From NCBI GenBank assembly GCA_042091225.1, contig JBELHW010000005.1, positions 3,712-67,711 of the forward strand: a stretch of DNA of 64,000 nt, given 5' to 3'. A program made the position numbers and the translations under genes. This stretch comes from Cryomorphaceae bacterium. GTDB lineage: Bacteria; Bacteroidota; Bacteroidia; Flavobacteriales; UBA7312. The notes beneath the pieces are model-generated. The model saw nothing but the letters and a program-made list of their open reading frames with translations. It was not told the origin of the DNA and made no database searches. Shown in pieces: positions 17,694 to 26,974 of the stretch (its first letter is position 1; the number at the start of each line of letters is the position of its first letter).

Positions 17694-18420
17694 AGAAATA
17701 TTATCTCAATTTACTCCAATTTCTTTAAATGAAATGGATAACGTTAGCTTACTAAGTAGGGTAGACACAAAGTTTATATTTGATTATGATACTTTTTTGA
17801 GCATACTTCCAGACTTGATTAAATATTACTTTGTATTGGATGTAAATGATATAAGAGTTAGTGCTTATCAATCTTTATATTTTGACACAGACGACTTCAA
17901 ATTTTATTATGACCACCATAATGGTAAAAAAAATAGAAAAAAAGTAAGGTTTAGAGAATACATTGATTCTGGTTTATGTTTTTTAGAGATAAAACAGAAA
18001 AATAATAAAGGAGTTACAGTCAAGTCTAGAATTAAGGTTGACAATATTGTTGACGTTTTAAACGGAGAAAATTTAAAATTTGTTAAAGATACTATTGATT
18101 TAGATTACGAATTATTAGCCAAACATTGGAATTCGTACAATAGAATTACTTTTGTAAATAAGCATATTAAGGAAAGATTAACAATCGATACTAACTTTTC
18201 TTTTAAAGGAAATGATACAAAAGGAGAAATAGATAATATGATTATTGCTGAAGTAAAGCAAGAAAAAGTAAATTATTCTTCTGTTTTTATGAGAAAAATA
18301 AAGGAAAAAGGAATCCGTCCATTTCGTATTTCTAAATATTGTTTGGCAATGGCAAGTTTATATCCTGAGCTAAAACAAAATAATTTTAAACCAAAATTTT
18401 TAAAGATTAACCAACTATAA
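17674..18420 (+). CDS. VTC domain protein (polyphosphate polymerase / triphosphate-tunnel-like)
   Basis: No signal peptide. Motifs SRVDTKFIF, YQSLYFDT, NRKKVRFREY, FLEIKQK and IIAEVKQE fit the VTC/CYTH tunnel fold. The first ATG is codon 21, after the conserved N-terminus (ILSQFTPISLNEM), so a TTG start (17674 or 17680) overlapping the upstream gene is likely. Confidence 0.8.
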   Translation: MILKITKEILSQFTPISLNEMDNVSLLSRVDTKFIFDYDTFLSILPDLIKYYFVLDVNDIRVSAYQSLYFDTDDFKFYYDHHNGKKNRKKVRFREYIDSGLCFLEIKQKNNKGVTVKSRIKVDNIVDVLNGENLKFVKDTIDLDYELLAKHWNSYNRITFVNKHIKERLTIDTNFSFKGNDTKGEIDNMIIAEVKQEKVNYSSVFMRKIKEKGIRPFRISKYCLAMASLYPELKQNNFKPKFLKINQL

Positions 18421-18422
18421 TT

Positions 18423-19064
18423 ATGTCATTATTATTACTGATACTTTCTGATTTAGATTATTTGGGAACACCAATTTTTGATCAAAAAGATTTTATAAAA
18501 CTTCTAGTAAAGTCAACCTTTAATTTTCTTGTTGTAGGGATTATTGTTAGATATATTTATTACACAACTTCTAAAAATAAGGATTATTTATTTACATATA
18601 TTCTTATTAGTACCACTGTTTTTTTACTTTGTTTTCTTTTAGAAAATGTGAAGCTAGAGTTAGGATTTGCGTTAGGATTATTTGCAATTTTTGGTATTAT
18701 TAGATACCGTACTGATCCTATTCCAATTAAAGAGATGACCTATCTATTTATTGTTATAGGTATTTCGGTTATGAACGCTTTAGCAAATAAAAAAATTAGT
18801 TATTCAGAGCTGATTTTTGCCAATTTAATTTTTATTGCATTTACTTATATTCTAGAAAAAATTTGGCTTCTTAAACACGAAACTAGAAAAACGATAGTTT
18901 ATGAGAAAATTGAATTTATTACCCCTGATAAAAAAGATGAGTTGTTAGCTGATTTAAAACTAAGAACAGGCCTTAATATAACAAGGGTTGAAGTTAGAAA
19001 CATTGACTTTTTAAGAGATACTGCTTCGGTTCGAATTTTTTACTTTGAAGATGAAGAAAAGTAG
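18423..19064 (+). CDS. DUF4956-like membrane protein
   Basis: About 4 TM segments, including LGFALGLFAIFGIIRYRTDPIPIKEMTYLF, and an about 70-aa soluble tail (ITRVEVRNIDFLRDTASVRIFY). It has the characteristic partnership with a VTC gene. Confidence 0.75.
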   Translation: MSLLLLILSDLDYLGTPIFDQKDFIKLLVKSTFNFLVVGIIVRYIYYTTSKNKDYLFTYILISTTVFLLCFLLENVKLELGFALGLFAIFGIIRYRTDPIPIKEMTYLFIVIGISVMNALANKKISYSELIFANLIFIAFTYILEKIWLLKHETRKTIVYEKIEFITPDKKDELLADLKLRTGLNITRVEVRNIDFLRDTASVRIFYFEDEEK

Positions 19065-19656
19065 CCTTATACTTCTCTTTTTTCCACTTTTAATGTTTGG
19101 TCAAGAGTCTGATTTTAAACTATGGTCAAAGGCTTCGCTAAATTATTCAATAAATAAAAAAACAGATATTACTTTTTCTCAAGGCTTGAGACTAAGAGAA
19201 AATGCAAACATTAAAGAAGAGGTATTCTCTAATTTTTCTATATCTAGAAAGTGGAACAAAAAGTGGCGTTTTGCAATAGACTATAGATTTATTGAAGAAT
19301 ACGATTTTTATTCTAACAGCAAATTAGAACATCGAATTAGTGTCGATGCAAGTTGGCGAAAAAAAATTGATAGACTAACCTTAAAAAGTCGCTCTCGTTT
19401 TCAGTACACCTCTAATTTAGTTTTTAGGAAGAGGCTTTCCTTGCATTATAATTTGCCAAAAACTCCTTTAGAGCCATCTTTATTATTTGAATCGTTTTAT
19501 GATTTTTCTACTTTTTCTAAAATAAGAGCTACATTAAGCGCTTCTTATCCTTTGGCTAAATCTATTGATTTAGATTTGTATTATAGGCTTCAAAATAACT
19601 TAAACGAATCTTCAATTATTTATATTTTAGGTTTAGGATTTTCCTATGACATCTAA
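19051..19656 (+). CDS. DUF2490-like outer-membrane protein
   Basis: The track start 19045 is TTG; ATG at 19051 gives the MKKSSLILLFFPLLMFGQ signal peptide. The body has alternating amphipathic strands and a terminal aromatic (GFSYDI). It overlaps the DUF4956 stop by 14 nt. Confidence 0.65.
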   Translation: MKKSSLILLFFPLLMFGQESDFKLWSKASLNYSINKKTDITFSQGLRLRENANIKEEVFSNFSISRKWNKKWRFAIDYRFIEEYDFYSNSKLEHRISVDASWRKKIDRLTLKSRSRFQYTSNLVFRKRLSLHYNLPKTPLEPSLLFESFYDFSTFSKIRATLSASYPLAKSIDLDLYYRLQNNLNESSIIYILGLGFSYDI

Positions 19657-19658
19657 CT

Positions 19659-20318
19659 ATGACACTTAAGGGTAAAAATATAAAGTCAATTCTTTTTTTT
19701 CCAGTACTTTTTGCTCTGCTTATTGTTATAATTAAAGTCATAGAACATTTTGGAGATTTTAATTTTAGTGTTTATGGAGTTCTTCCTAGAGATTTTTCTG
19801 GCTTAAAAGGAATTATTTTCTCCCCTTTAATTCACAGTGACTTTTCACACCTTACAAATAATACAATTCCTATTTTAGTGCTTTTACTTTCGTTAAGATA
19901 TTTTTATAAATCTATTTCAATAGAAATTTTCTTTTGGTCTTGGTTAATAAGCGGATTTTTACTTTGGTGTTTTGCAAGACAAAATTTTCATATAGGTGCT
20001 AGCGGATTAATTTATGCATTATCCTCTTTCTTGTTTTTTAGTGGCTTCATTCGTAAGCATACAAGATTAATGGCCGTTTCTATGTTTGTAGTCTTTCTGT
20101 ATGGTAGTTTAGTTTGGGGGATATTTCCTTTACAAGAAAAAGTTTCATGGGAAGGGCATCTGACTGGAGCTGTTGCGGGAATTCTTTTAGCTTTTTGGTT
20201 CAGAAAAGAAGGTCCTCCAAAACAGATATATCAATATGAAATTGATGAAGCAGAAGAAGAAATAGCCAAGCAAAACCCTACAATTACTTATTACTACAAA
20301 GAAGGCGATCAGAACTGA
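19659..20318 (+). CDS. rhomboid family intramembrane serine protease
   Basis: 6-TM protein. The catalytic motif is HIGASGLIYAL (GxSG) and the downstream catalytic His lies in EGHLTGAVAGILLA. Confidence 0.8.
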   Translation: MTLKGKNIKSILFFPVLFALLIVIIKVIEHFGDFNFSVYGVLPRDFSGLKGIIFSPLIHSDFSHLTNNTIPILVLLLSLRYFYKSISIEIFFWSWLISGFLLWCFARQNFHIGASGLIYALSSFLFFSGFIRKHTRLMAVSMFVVFLYGSLVWGIFPLQEKVSWEGHLTGAVAGILLAFWFRKEGPPKQIYQYEIDEAEEEIAKQNPTITYYYKEGDQN

Positions 20319-21214
20319 TATTTATATCCTAAAGATGCAATAATACTTCTGGTTAATCCATCTGGCCTTACCTTTCTTACTATCAAAGGCGAACCAACAT
20401 CAAAATTGATTGAGCTACTTTGTGAAATAGTATAGTTTAAAAACAAGTTAAGATTTACTGTTAATCCATCAGAGCCTTCTATTGTTTGACTTTTATTGTT
20501 TTGATCTATAAATGTATCTTCTCCTAAATGATAAATAGAGAGTAAGCTAGTTGAAAGTTGAAATTTTTCTGTTTTTGACAATTCGTAACTACCTCTCAAT
20601 AGGATGTCTCCTTTTCGTTCTAACAAATTAGTGCTTTGAAAATCGAAAAAATAACTTGAGCTATCATATACCTCGGACTCGAATGTGTTTTTAGTTTGCG
20701 AAATAGGTAATTGTGTGGCTAGGTTTATTTGTAGTTTATTAATGTTTGTCGCATAAGCTAGAATAAGATCAGTTGAGCCTAAGCTTGGCTGGAAATCAAA
20801 AGGTAATGGTTTATCCTCATTTAAATTATTTCCATCATTTAAAGGAAGTTTTAGCCCAGCGGTTATGCTTGATTTCTGAGAAAGTTGATAATTACTAATA
20901 ACAAATAAATCGGACAAACCTGTGCTGCTTAGATTTTCATTGCTTTGAGAAATTGAAGTAAGCTTTGCGCTGACAGATAGCTTTTGCCCTATTATTCTCT
21001 GAAAAGAAACATAAGGGGCTATAATATTTATGTTGTTATCAGCTTTACCAACAGACGAACCTATTTTAAATTGATTGTTGTATGTTGTATTGTTCGATTC
21101 CGAATTCTGAATTCCGTTTAGAGAGCAAAAACCGGCGTCACTACAGCCTTGACTATAAGCAGAATTAATAAAAATTAGGATATTAAAAAGTAGAATTAAA
21201 TTGAGTTTTTTCAT
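20309..21214 (-). CDS. outer-membrane beta-barrel protein, unknown function
   Basis: Signal peptide MKKLNLILLFNILIFINSAYSQ, then GCSDAGFCS. The body has alternating beta-strand pattern and a C-terminal ..GYKYQF. It overlaps the rhomboid 3' end convergently by 10 nt. Confidence 0.55.
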   Translation of the reverse strand: MKKLNLILLFNILIFINSAYSQGCSDAGFCSLNGIQNSESNNTTYNNQFKIGSSVGKADNNINIIAPYVSFQRIIGQKLSVSAKLTSISQSNENLSSTGLSDLFVISNYQLSQKSSITAGLKLPLNDGNNLNEDKPLPFDFQPSLGSTDLILAYATNINKLQINLATQLPISQTKNTFESEVYDSSSYFFDFQSTNLLERKGDILLRGSYELSKTEKFQLSTSLLSIYHLGEDTFIDQNNKSQTIEGSDGLTVNLNLFLNYTISQSSSINFDVGSPLIVRKVRPDGLTRSIIASLGYKYQF

Positions 21215-21270
21215 GTAAGTTTTTCATTTGTTTAATATGCAAAAATAAACGAAAATCTTTAAGAATTATT

Positions 21271-21510
21271 TCATTGAACTTTATTTTCACTTTTGACTCC
21301 CCAAGCAGTCTTATACCAAGCTCTTTCGTGAAGATAATAAAAAACCATTTTTATAATACTTTCTGCTATTGCAATGCCTGTTGCTTTTTGAGCTGCATTT
21401 GGGTCATCATTAAAAAATATGAGAGCAAGCACAAAAGTTGTTGCAGAAGCAATAATTCTCCATGTAAATGTTTTGGCAATATGTCTTTTTCTTGTAATTT
21501 TCTTTTTCAT
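21271..21510 (-). CDS. DUF2061-like small membrane protein
   Basis: 79 aa. RHIAKTFTWRIIASATTF followed by a second TM fits the DUF2061 pattern. I prefer it over the overlapping + strand ORF 21274-21537. Confidence 0.6.
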   Translation of the reverse strand: MKKKITRKRHIAKTFTWRIIASATTFVLALIFFNDDPNAAQKATGIAIAESIIKMVFYYLHERAWYKTAWGVKSENKVQ

Positions 21511-21544
21511 ACCAATTTAAATCAAGTAACAATATAAATCTATT

Positions 21545-22147
21545 TTATAATAAAACAGCTCCTAATTCTATAATAAAGCCAATTAAAAAGCCTGCGTATA
21601 CCTGTTTAGCGTTATGAGAATTTGTTTCTAATCTAGCAAAACCAATCAGACCGGAAAGCAAAGTAATCGCCATTACAATTAACAACCAGTCTAAATTAAA
21701 CCTATAATTTAATCCTATTAGAGCTCCTAACAAGCCCCCTACACCGAGCATATGTACGCTAATTTTCCACTTTAAGGTTACTAAAAGTGCTATGGCAATT
21801 ACAGCTATTGCACCCACCATCATTAAATACAAGCTATTGGGTAATTGTAATTTTAACAAAATTTCAAAACAAAGATAATACCATAAAACGGTTAGTGTAA
21901 ATGGCCATTTTCGCTGTTCTGCTTTTTTCATATATAGATCATCGATAACCTTTAGTTTTTTCAAAATAAATGCAGTTAAAACCGGAAAAATAATAGTGAA
22001 TATAACTAGAATAATAAATACTACATTTTGTAATTCATGACTTATACTTTGTTGAACGTATGGATTAAATTGGAATAAAATAATCATTGCATACAACGGC
22101 ATAAACATTGGATGACCTATAATAGATATTATATTTGCTACTTTCAT
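21545..22147 (-). CDS. polytopic membrane protein (weak PAP2-like C-terminal motifs)
   Basis: 200 aa, about 6 TM. KISVHMLGVGG and ARLETNSHNAKQVYAG loosely resemble PAP2 C2/C3 motifs. The function is uncertain. Confidence 0.45.
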   Translation of the reverse strand: MKVANIISIIGHPMFMPLYAMIILFQFNPYVQQSISHELQNVVFIILVIFTIIFPVLTAFILKKLKVIDDLYMKKAEQRKWPFTLTVLWYYLCFEILLKLQLPNSLYLMMVGAIAVIAIALLVTLKWKISVHMLGVGGLLGALIGLNYRFNLDWLLIVMAITLLSGLIGFARLETNSHNAKQVYAGFLIGFIIELGAVLL

Positions 22148-22151
22148 TAAT

Positions 22152-23489
22152 TTACAATTCTCGCCTTAATTTTGAGCTAGCTATTTTAAGTTGCTGTCTA
22201 TATTTCGACACAGTTCTTCTAGCAACAAGAAATTCTGATTCATTTAACTTTTCAGATAATTGATCATCGGTAAAAGGAATTTTTTTATCTTCTTTTTCAA
22301 TTATTTCTTTAAGTAAATTCTTTATCACCTTAGTTGAAATAGAGGTTCCGTCTTCTTTATGATATGCTTCAGAAAAGAACTCTTTTAAAAGAAATGTTCC
22401 GAAAGGAGTTTCTATATATTTACTATTTGTTACTCTTGAGACAGTAGAAATATCCATTTTAATTTTTTGGGCAACATCCAGTAGCTTCATTGGTTGGAGG
22501 TGTTTCTCGTCTCCAGACTTAAAAAATTGAGATTGAATTTCTAAAATACAGTTCATTGTATTTAATAAGGTTTTCTCTCTTTGAATAATAGCGTTTGCAA
22601 ACCAATCTGCATTCTCTATTTTTTGAGTTAGAAAAACAATAGCTTCCTTATCTTTACTTTTTTTAACATCAGATAACATTTTTTTATAGTAATCACTTGA
22701 TTTAACTTTTCTATTTCCAATGTGATTGAGAGAAAGTTGAAATTCATTATTATTAATAGTCAATAAAAAATCGGGGCTGATGTAGCTTGTATTGTCTTCT
22801 TTAGCTGAATATGCCGCTCCAGGTTTTGGGTTGAGGCTAGCAACCAATTTGTACACAGACTTTAAATCACCTTCTGTTATTTCTAGATTAGAACAAATTT
22901 TCTCATAATTTTTAGAAGTAAATGAAGCGAAATGATTTTCTAAAATATTTATAGCAAGTTTTTGAATTTCTGTTTTCTCTTTTAAAGAAAGTTGTAGAAT
23001 AAGACATTCTTTTAAATCTCGAGCTCCTACACCGGTGGGCTCTAAAGATTGTATACATTTTAATAGTTCTAATAATTTTTGCTCGCTAACGTTCTGATTA
23101 TATTCAAATAGAAGATCGTCGCTCACCTCTAATAGACTTCGACTTAAAAATCCGTTTTCATCTAGACAACCTATTAAAAAGAGGCATATTTTTTCGTTTT
23201 CAGAAGATAAGTTTTCTAAAAAAAGCTGACTACTTAGATAATCTTGCAGACCTATTTCTCTTTCTTTAACTACGTTTGTATTAAATTCTTTGTTGTTTGA
23301 AGAGTTTGAATTTTTATAATACGCTTCTTGTTCAGAATCTTCAACTTCCTCTAGTGTAGGATTTTCTTCTAATTCTGATTCTATTCTTTTTGATAAAGAA
23401 GACAAAGGAATTTGTAACAGGTTTAAAAATTGAATCTGTTTAGGAGATAATTTTAGCTTTTGTTCTTGTTTTAATCTTTGTTTTTGCAT
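22152..23489 (-). CDS. rpoN: RNA polymerase sigma-54 factor
   Basis: N-terminus MQKQRLKQEQKLKLSPKQIQFLNLLQIP. The C-terminal HTH and RpoN box are ARRTVSKYRQQL. Confidence 0.9.
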   Translation of the reverse strand: MQKQRLKQEQKLKLSPKQIQFLNLLQIPLSSLSKRIESELEENPTLEEVEDSEQEAYYKNSNSSNNKEFNTNVVKEREIGLQDYLSSQLFLENLSSENEKICLFLIGCLDENGFLSRSLLEVSDDLLFEYNQNVSEQKLLELLKCIQSLEPTGVGARDLKECLILQLSLKEKTEIQKLAINILENHFASFTSKNYEKICSNLEITEGDLKSVYKLVASLNPKPGAAYSAKEDNTSYISPDFLLTINNNEFQLSLNHIGNRKVKSSDYYKKMLSDVKKSKDKEAIVFLTQKIENADWFANAIIQREKTLLNTMNCILEIQSQFFKSGDEKHLQPMKLLDVAQKIKMDISTVSRVTNSKYIETPFGTFLLKEFFSEAYHKEDGTSISTKVIKNLLKEIIEKEDKKIPFTDDQLSEKLNESEFLVARRTVSKYRQQLKIASSKLRREL

Positions 23490-23492
23490 GCT

Positions 23493-24935
23493 TTAAAAGT
23501 CAGCATTCTGTGGGTATCTTGGGAACGGAATGACGTCTCTTACGTTTTTCATGCCTGTAACGAACATTATTAATCGTTCAAAGCCTAGCCCAAACCCGCT
23601 ATGAGGACAGCTTCCGAACTCCCTAGTCTCCAAATACCACCATAACTCTTGTATATCTACATCCATTTCTTCCATCCTAGCTTTTAAAATGTCTAGATTT
23701 TCTTCTCTTTGCGAACCTCCAACTATTTCACCAATGCCAGGAAATAGTATATCCATGGCACGAACGGTTTCGCCGTCCTCATTCATTTTCATGTAGAAAG
23801 CTTTAATTCCCTTAGGGTAATCGGTTAAAATAACAGGTTTTTTAAACTTTTTTTCAACTAAAAAACGTTCGTGTTCAGACTGTAAATCAGCTCCAAAACC
23901 TTCAATTAGGTATTTGAATTTTTTCTTTTTATTTGGCTTAGAATTTCGCAAGATATCGATAGCCTCCCTATAAGTAAGCCTTTCAAAATCATTGTCTATA
24001 ACAAAGTTTAATCGTTCAATTAGCTCCATTTCAGAGCGTTCATTTTGGGGTAGATTTTTTTCTTCTTCTTTCAGTCTTTTATTTAAAAAAAGCAAATCAT
24101 CCTTACATTTATCTAGAGAATATTTTATACAGTATTTCAAAAAATCTTCTGCTAAATCCATATTGTCATCCAGTGTATTGAATGCAACCTCAGGTTCAAT
24201 CATCCAAAATTCGGACAAATGTCTGGAAGTGTTTGAGTTTTCAGCTCTAAAGGTAGGGCCAAAAGTGTAAACTTCTCCAAGTGCTAATGCTCCTAATTCG
24301 GCTTCTAGTTGACCAGAAACTGTAAGGTTTGTTTTTTTTCCAAAAAAGTCATGAGAAAAATCTGTATTCCCATCCTCTTTTTTTGGCAAAGAATCTAAAT
24401 TTAAATTAGTGACCTGAAACATTTCACCTGCACCCTCTGCGTCGGCACCTGTAATTATGGGAGTATTCATATAAACAAAGCCTCTTTCATTAAAAAAGTT
24501 GTGTACAGCAAACGAAAGTACGTGTCGAACTCTAAAAACAGCACTGAATGTATTTGTTCTAAATCTTAGATGAGCTTTTTCTCTTAAAAATTCTAGACTA
24601 TGTCTTTTAGGCTGAAGGGGGTAAGTATCGGCGTTTGCCAAGCCTATTATGTCTATTTTATTTGCTTTTATTTCTACTTTCTGTCCTCCTCCTTGCGATT
24701 CTATTAATTCTCCTTCAACAGAAATACACGCTCCGGTAGCAATGTCTTTCAAAGTGTCTTCGCTAAAGGTAATGGATTCTGCAACGATTTGAATATTGTT
24801 AATTGTTGAGCCATCATTTAAAGCTATAAACGAAACATTTTTAGACCCTCTTTTTGTTCTAACCCAACCTTTTACACAAACAGTTTTGCTTGTGAAATCG
24901 TCGCTCAAAAGAGCACATATTTTTGTTCTTTTCAT
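23493..24935 (-). CDS. asnS: asparagine--tRNA ligase
   Basis: Class II aaRS motifs: [39 protein letters not shown]. It has an N-terminal OB fold. Confidence 0.95.
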   Translation of the reverse strand: MKRTKICALLSDDFTSKTVCVKGWVRTKRGSKNVSFIALNDGSTINNIQIVAESITFSEDTLKDIATGACISVEGELIESQGGGQKVEIKANKIDIIGLANADTYPLQPKRHSLEFLREKAHLRFRTNTFSAVFRVRHVLSFAVHNFFNERGFVYMNTPIITGADAEGAGEMFQVTNLNLDSLPKKEDGNTDFSHDFFGKKTNLTVSGQLEAELGALALGEVYTFGPTFRAENSNTSRHLSEFWMIEPEVAFNTLDDNMDLAEDFLKYCIKYSLDKCKDDLLFLNKRLKEEEKNLPQNERSEMELIERLNFVIDNDFERLTYREAIDILRNSKPNKKKKFKYLIEGFGADLQSEHERFLVEKKFKKPVILTDYPKGIKAFYMKMNEDGETVRAMDILFPGIGEIVGGSQREENLDILKARMEEMDVDIQELWWYLETREFGSCPHSGFGLGFERLIMFVTGMKNVRDVIPFPRYPQNADF

Positions 24936-25000
24936 TCTGTAAATTATAAAATAACATTACAAAGATATTAAAAGAAATTTCATAAACTCAGATAATTTCG

Positions 25001-25027
25001 GAAACAATATTGAGGTTAAATTGTTTC
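25001..25027. promoter_or_regulatory. inverted repeat GAAACAAT-N11-ATTGTTTC, candidate TetR operator
   Basis: Perfect 8-bp arms (25001-25008 and 25020-25027) lie 34 nt upstream of the tetR ATG, ahead of the efflux operon. Confidence 0.3.
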
Positions 25028-25060
25028 TTAAGTATTTTCTAATTAATTTTGCACTCCCAA

Positions 25061-25663
25061 ATGAAAAATAAACAAAATATAATTGAACAATCTTTGTTGC
25101 TTTTTATGAAAAGAGGGGTTCGATCTGTCAATATGGACGAAGTTTCTTCTCATCTAGGAATATCAAAAAAAACGCTTTACTTACATGTTGATAATAAGTC
25201 TGATTTGGTTTGCCAAGCTTTTAAGTTTTTTTGTTATAAGTTATCTCATTCTTTAACTCTTATTGTAAAAGAAGAAAAAAATGCAATAGATGAGTTGTAT
25301 GAAATGGACGAGCAAATTTTCTTTCATTTAAAATCAATGCATATTTCAATTGTGAGCGAATTGAAAAAATATTATTTAGAAAGTTGGGAATTGATAGAAG
25401 ACTTTAAAAAGAATTTTTTATTAAATCTTATCGAAACCAACATAACTAAAGGAATGAAACAAAAATTATATAGACAGGATTTAAATCCGAGTATGATATC
25501 AAAAATATTTATAAATAGAAGCGAAACCTTAGTAGATGGGGAGCTTTTTAATTATAGAGAGTTTGATTTGAAAGATGTTTTAAAAGAGCATAGAACTTAC
25601 CACACTAGAGGAATTGCTTCCATAGAAGGGATTAAGCATTTAGAAGAAAATATAAAATCATGA
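25061..25663 (+). CDS. TetR/AcrR family transcriptional regulator
   Basis: N-terminal HTH IIEQSLLLFMKRGVRSVNMDEVSSHLGISKKTLYLHV. I prefer ATG 25061 over the track's TTG 25049. It overlaps the tolC-like start by 4 nt. Confidence 0.8.
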   Translation: MKNKQNIIEQSLLLFMKRGVRSVNMDEVSSHLGISKKTLYLHVDNKSDLVCQAFKFFCYKLSHSLTLIVKEEKNAIDELYEMDEQIFFHLKSMHISIVSELKKYYLESWELIEDFKKNFLLNLIETNITKGMKQKLYRQDLNPSMISKIFINRSETLVDGELFNYREFDLKDVLKEHRTYHTRGIASIEGIKHLEENIKS

Positions 25664-26973
25664 TGAGAATAATTATTTTAATGTTTTTTGTTATTCCGCT
25701 TTTTGGTCAACAACAATTATCAGTACAACAGGCAGTAGAATTAGGCTTACAAAATAACAATGCAGTTAAAAATGCAAAGTTAGATGTGAAATACGCTAAG
25801 AAACAAGTTTTAGAAACAATAGCTATTGGGCTTCCTAAAATAAATGGAGAAGTTAATTGGCAGCATTTTTTAGAAATACCTACAACTCTAGTTCCTAGTG
25901 CTATGTTCAACCCCAATGCATCCGATGACGAATTTGCAGAGTTACAATTCGGAACTAGCCATAACGCTACTTCAACTTTGTCTGGTTCTCAATTAATTTT
26001 TGATGGTAGTTATATTGTTGGCTTAAGAGCTTCTTCAATCTTCAAACAATTATCTATTAAGTCTTTAGAGTTGACCAAACAGCAAGTACAAGATAGTATA
26101 GCGGCAATGTATTATAACGTATTGGTAGCCCAAGACAGAAATGAATTTTTAAAATTAATTTATGAAATTCATGTTGATATTCTAGACGAAATAAATGCCA
26201 AGTATGAGCAAGGGATGGTAGAAGATATTGATGTTGACAGAATGTCAATCACTCTTTCAAATATGAAAACGCAATATGAGAACATGAATAGGGTAACAGA
26301 AATGTCTCATGCAATGTTAAAGTTATTAATTGGTGTTTCCATAGATGAAAAATTATTATTGACAGATAGTTTGTCGGGGCTTTTAAAAGCAAGCAAAAGT
26401 GTTTTAATACAAGAACCCGTTATTGAAAATAGAATTGAATATCAATTAGCTCAAACACAAGTTAAAGTAAATAAACTGGATGTAAAAAGATATCAATCTG
26501 TTTATTTACCAAGTATTGTAGCCTTCGGATCTTATAGTAAAAATGCTATGCGAAATGAATTTAACTTTACTGAAGATGGTAAATGGTATCCTTCTCAATT
26601 AGTTGGAATAAAAGCAACAATGAATATTTTTGACGGATTTTCCACCAGAACTAGAGTGCAAAAAGCAAAAATAAAGCTCGAGCAATCTAAAAACGATTTT
26701 CAACTGATGGAACAGTCGCTTAAATTAGAGCATATTGCAGCTCAATCTTCTTTTCTAACGGCAATTAGTAATCAAGAAATTCGTCAAAATAATTTAGACT
26801 TAAGTAAAAAGATTTACAGCAAAACAATGGTAAAATATAGAGAAGGACTAGTAAGTAGCATGGAATTGTCTCAGGCAGGTGCTGACTATATGAATGCGTT
26901 TTCTCAAAATTCTCAAGCTATTTATAGCTTATTAAAAGCAAAAACAAATTATCAACGAACAATAGGAAATTAA
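25660..26973 (+). CDS. TolC family outer-membrane efflux protein
   Basis: Signal peptide plus LSVQQAVELGLQNNNAVKNAKLDV. It has the duplicated coiled-coil/beta architecture typical of OEP family proteins. Confidence 0.85.
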   Translation: MMRIIILMFFVIPLFGQQQLSVQQAVELGLQNNNAVKNAKLDVKYAKKQVLETIAIGLPKINGEVNWQHFLEIPTTLVPSAMFNPNASDDEFAELQFGTSHNATSTLSGSQLIFDGSYIVGLRASSIFKQLSIKSLELTKQQVQDSIAAMYYNVLVAQDRNEFLKLIYEIHVDILDEINAKYEQGMVEDIDVDRMSITLSNMKTQYENMNRVTEMSHAMLKLLIGVSIDEKLLLTDSLSGLLKASKSVLIQEPVIENRIEYQLAQTQVKVNKLDVKRYQSVYLPSIVAFGSYSKNAMRNEFNFTEDGKWYPSQLVGIKATMNIFDGFSTRTRVQKAKIKLEQSKNDFQLMEQSLKLEHIAAQSSFLTAISNQEIRQNNLDLSKKIYSKTMVKYREGLVSSMELSQAGADYMNAFSQNSQAIYSLLKAKTNYQRTIGN

Positions 26974-26974
26974 G

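Noticed and set aside
21274-21537. 87-aa plus-strand ORF overlapping the DUF2061-like gene
   Set aside because: The minus-strand frame (21271-21510) gives a sensible two-TM protein with a family-like RHIAKTFTWRIIAS motif. The plus-strand product is Cys/Phe/Asn-rich low-complexity sequence.
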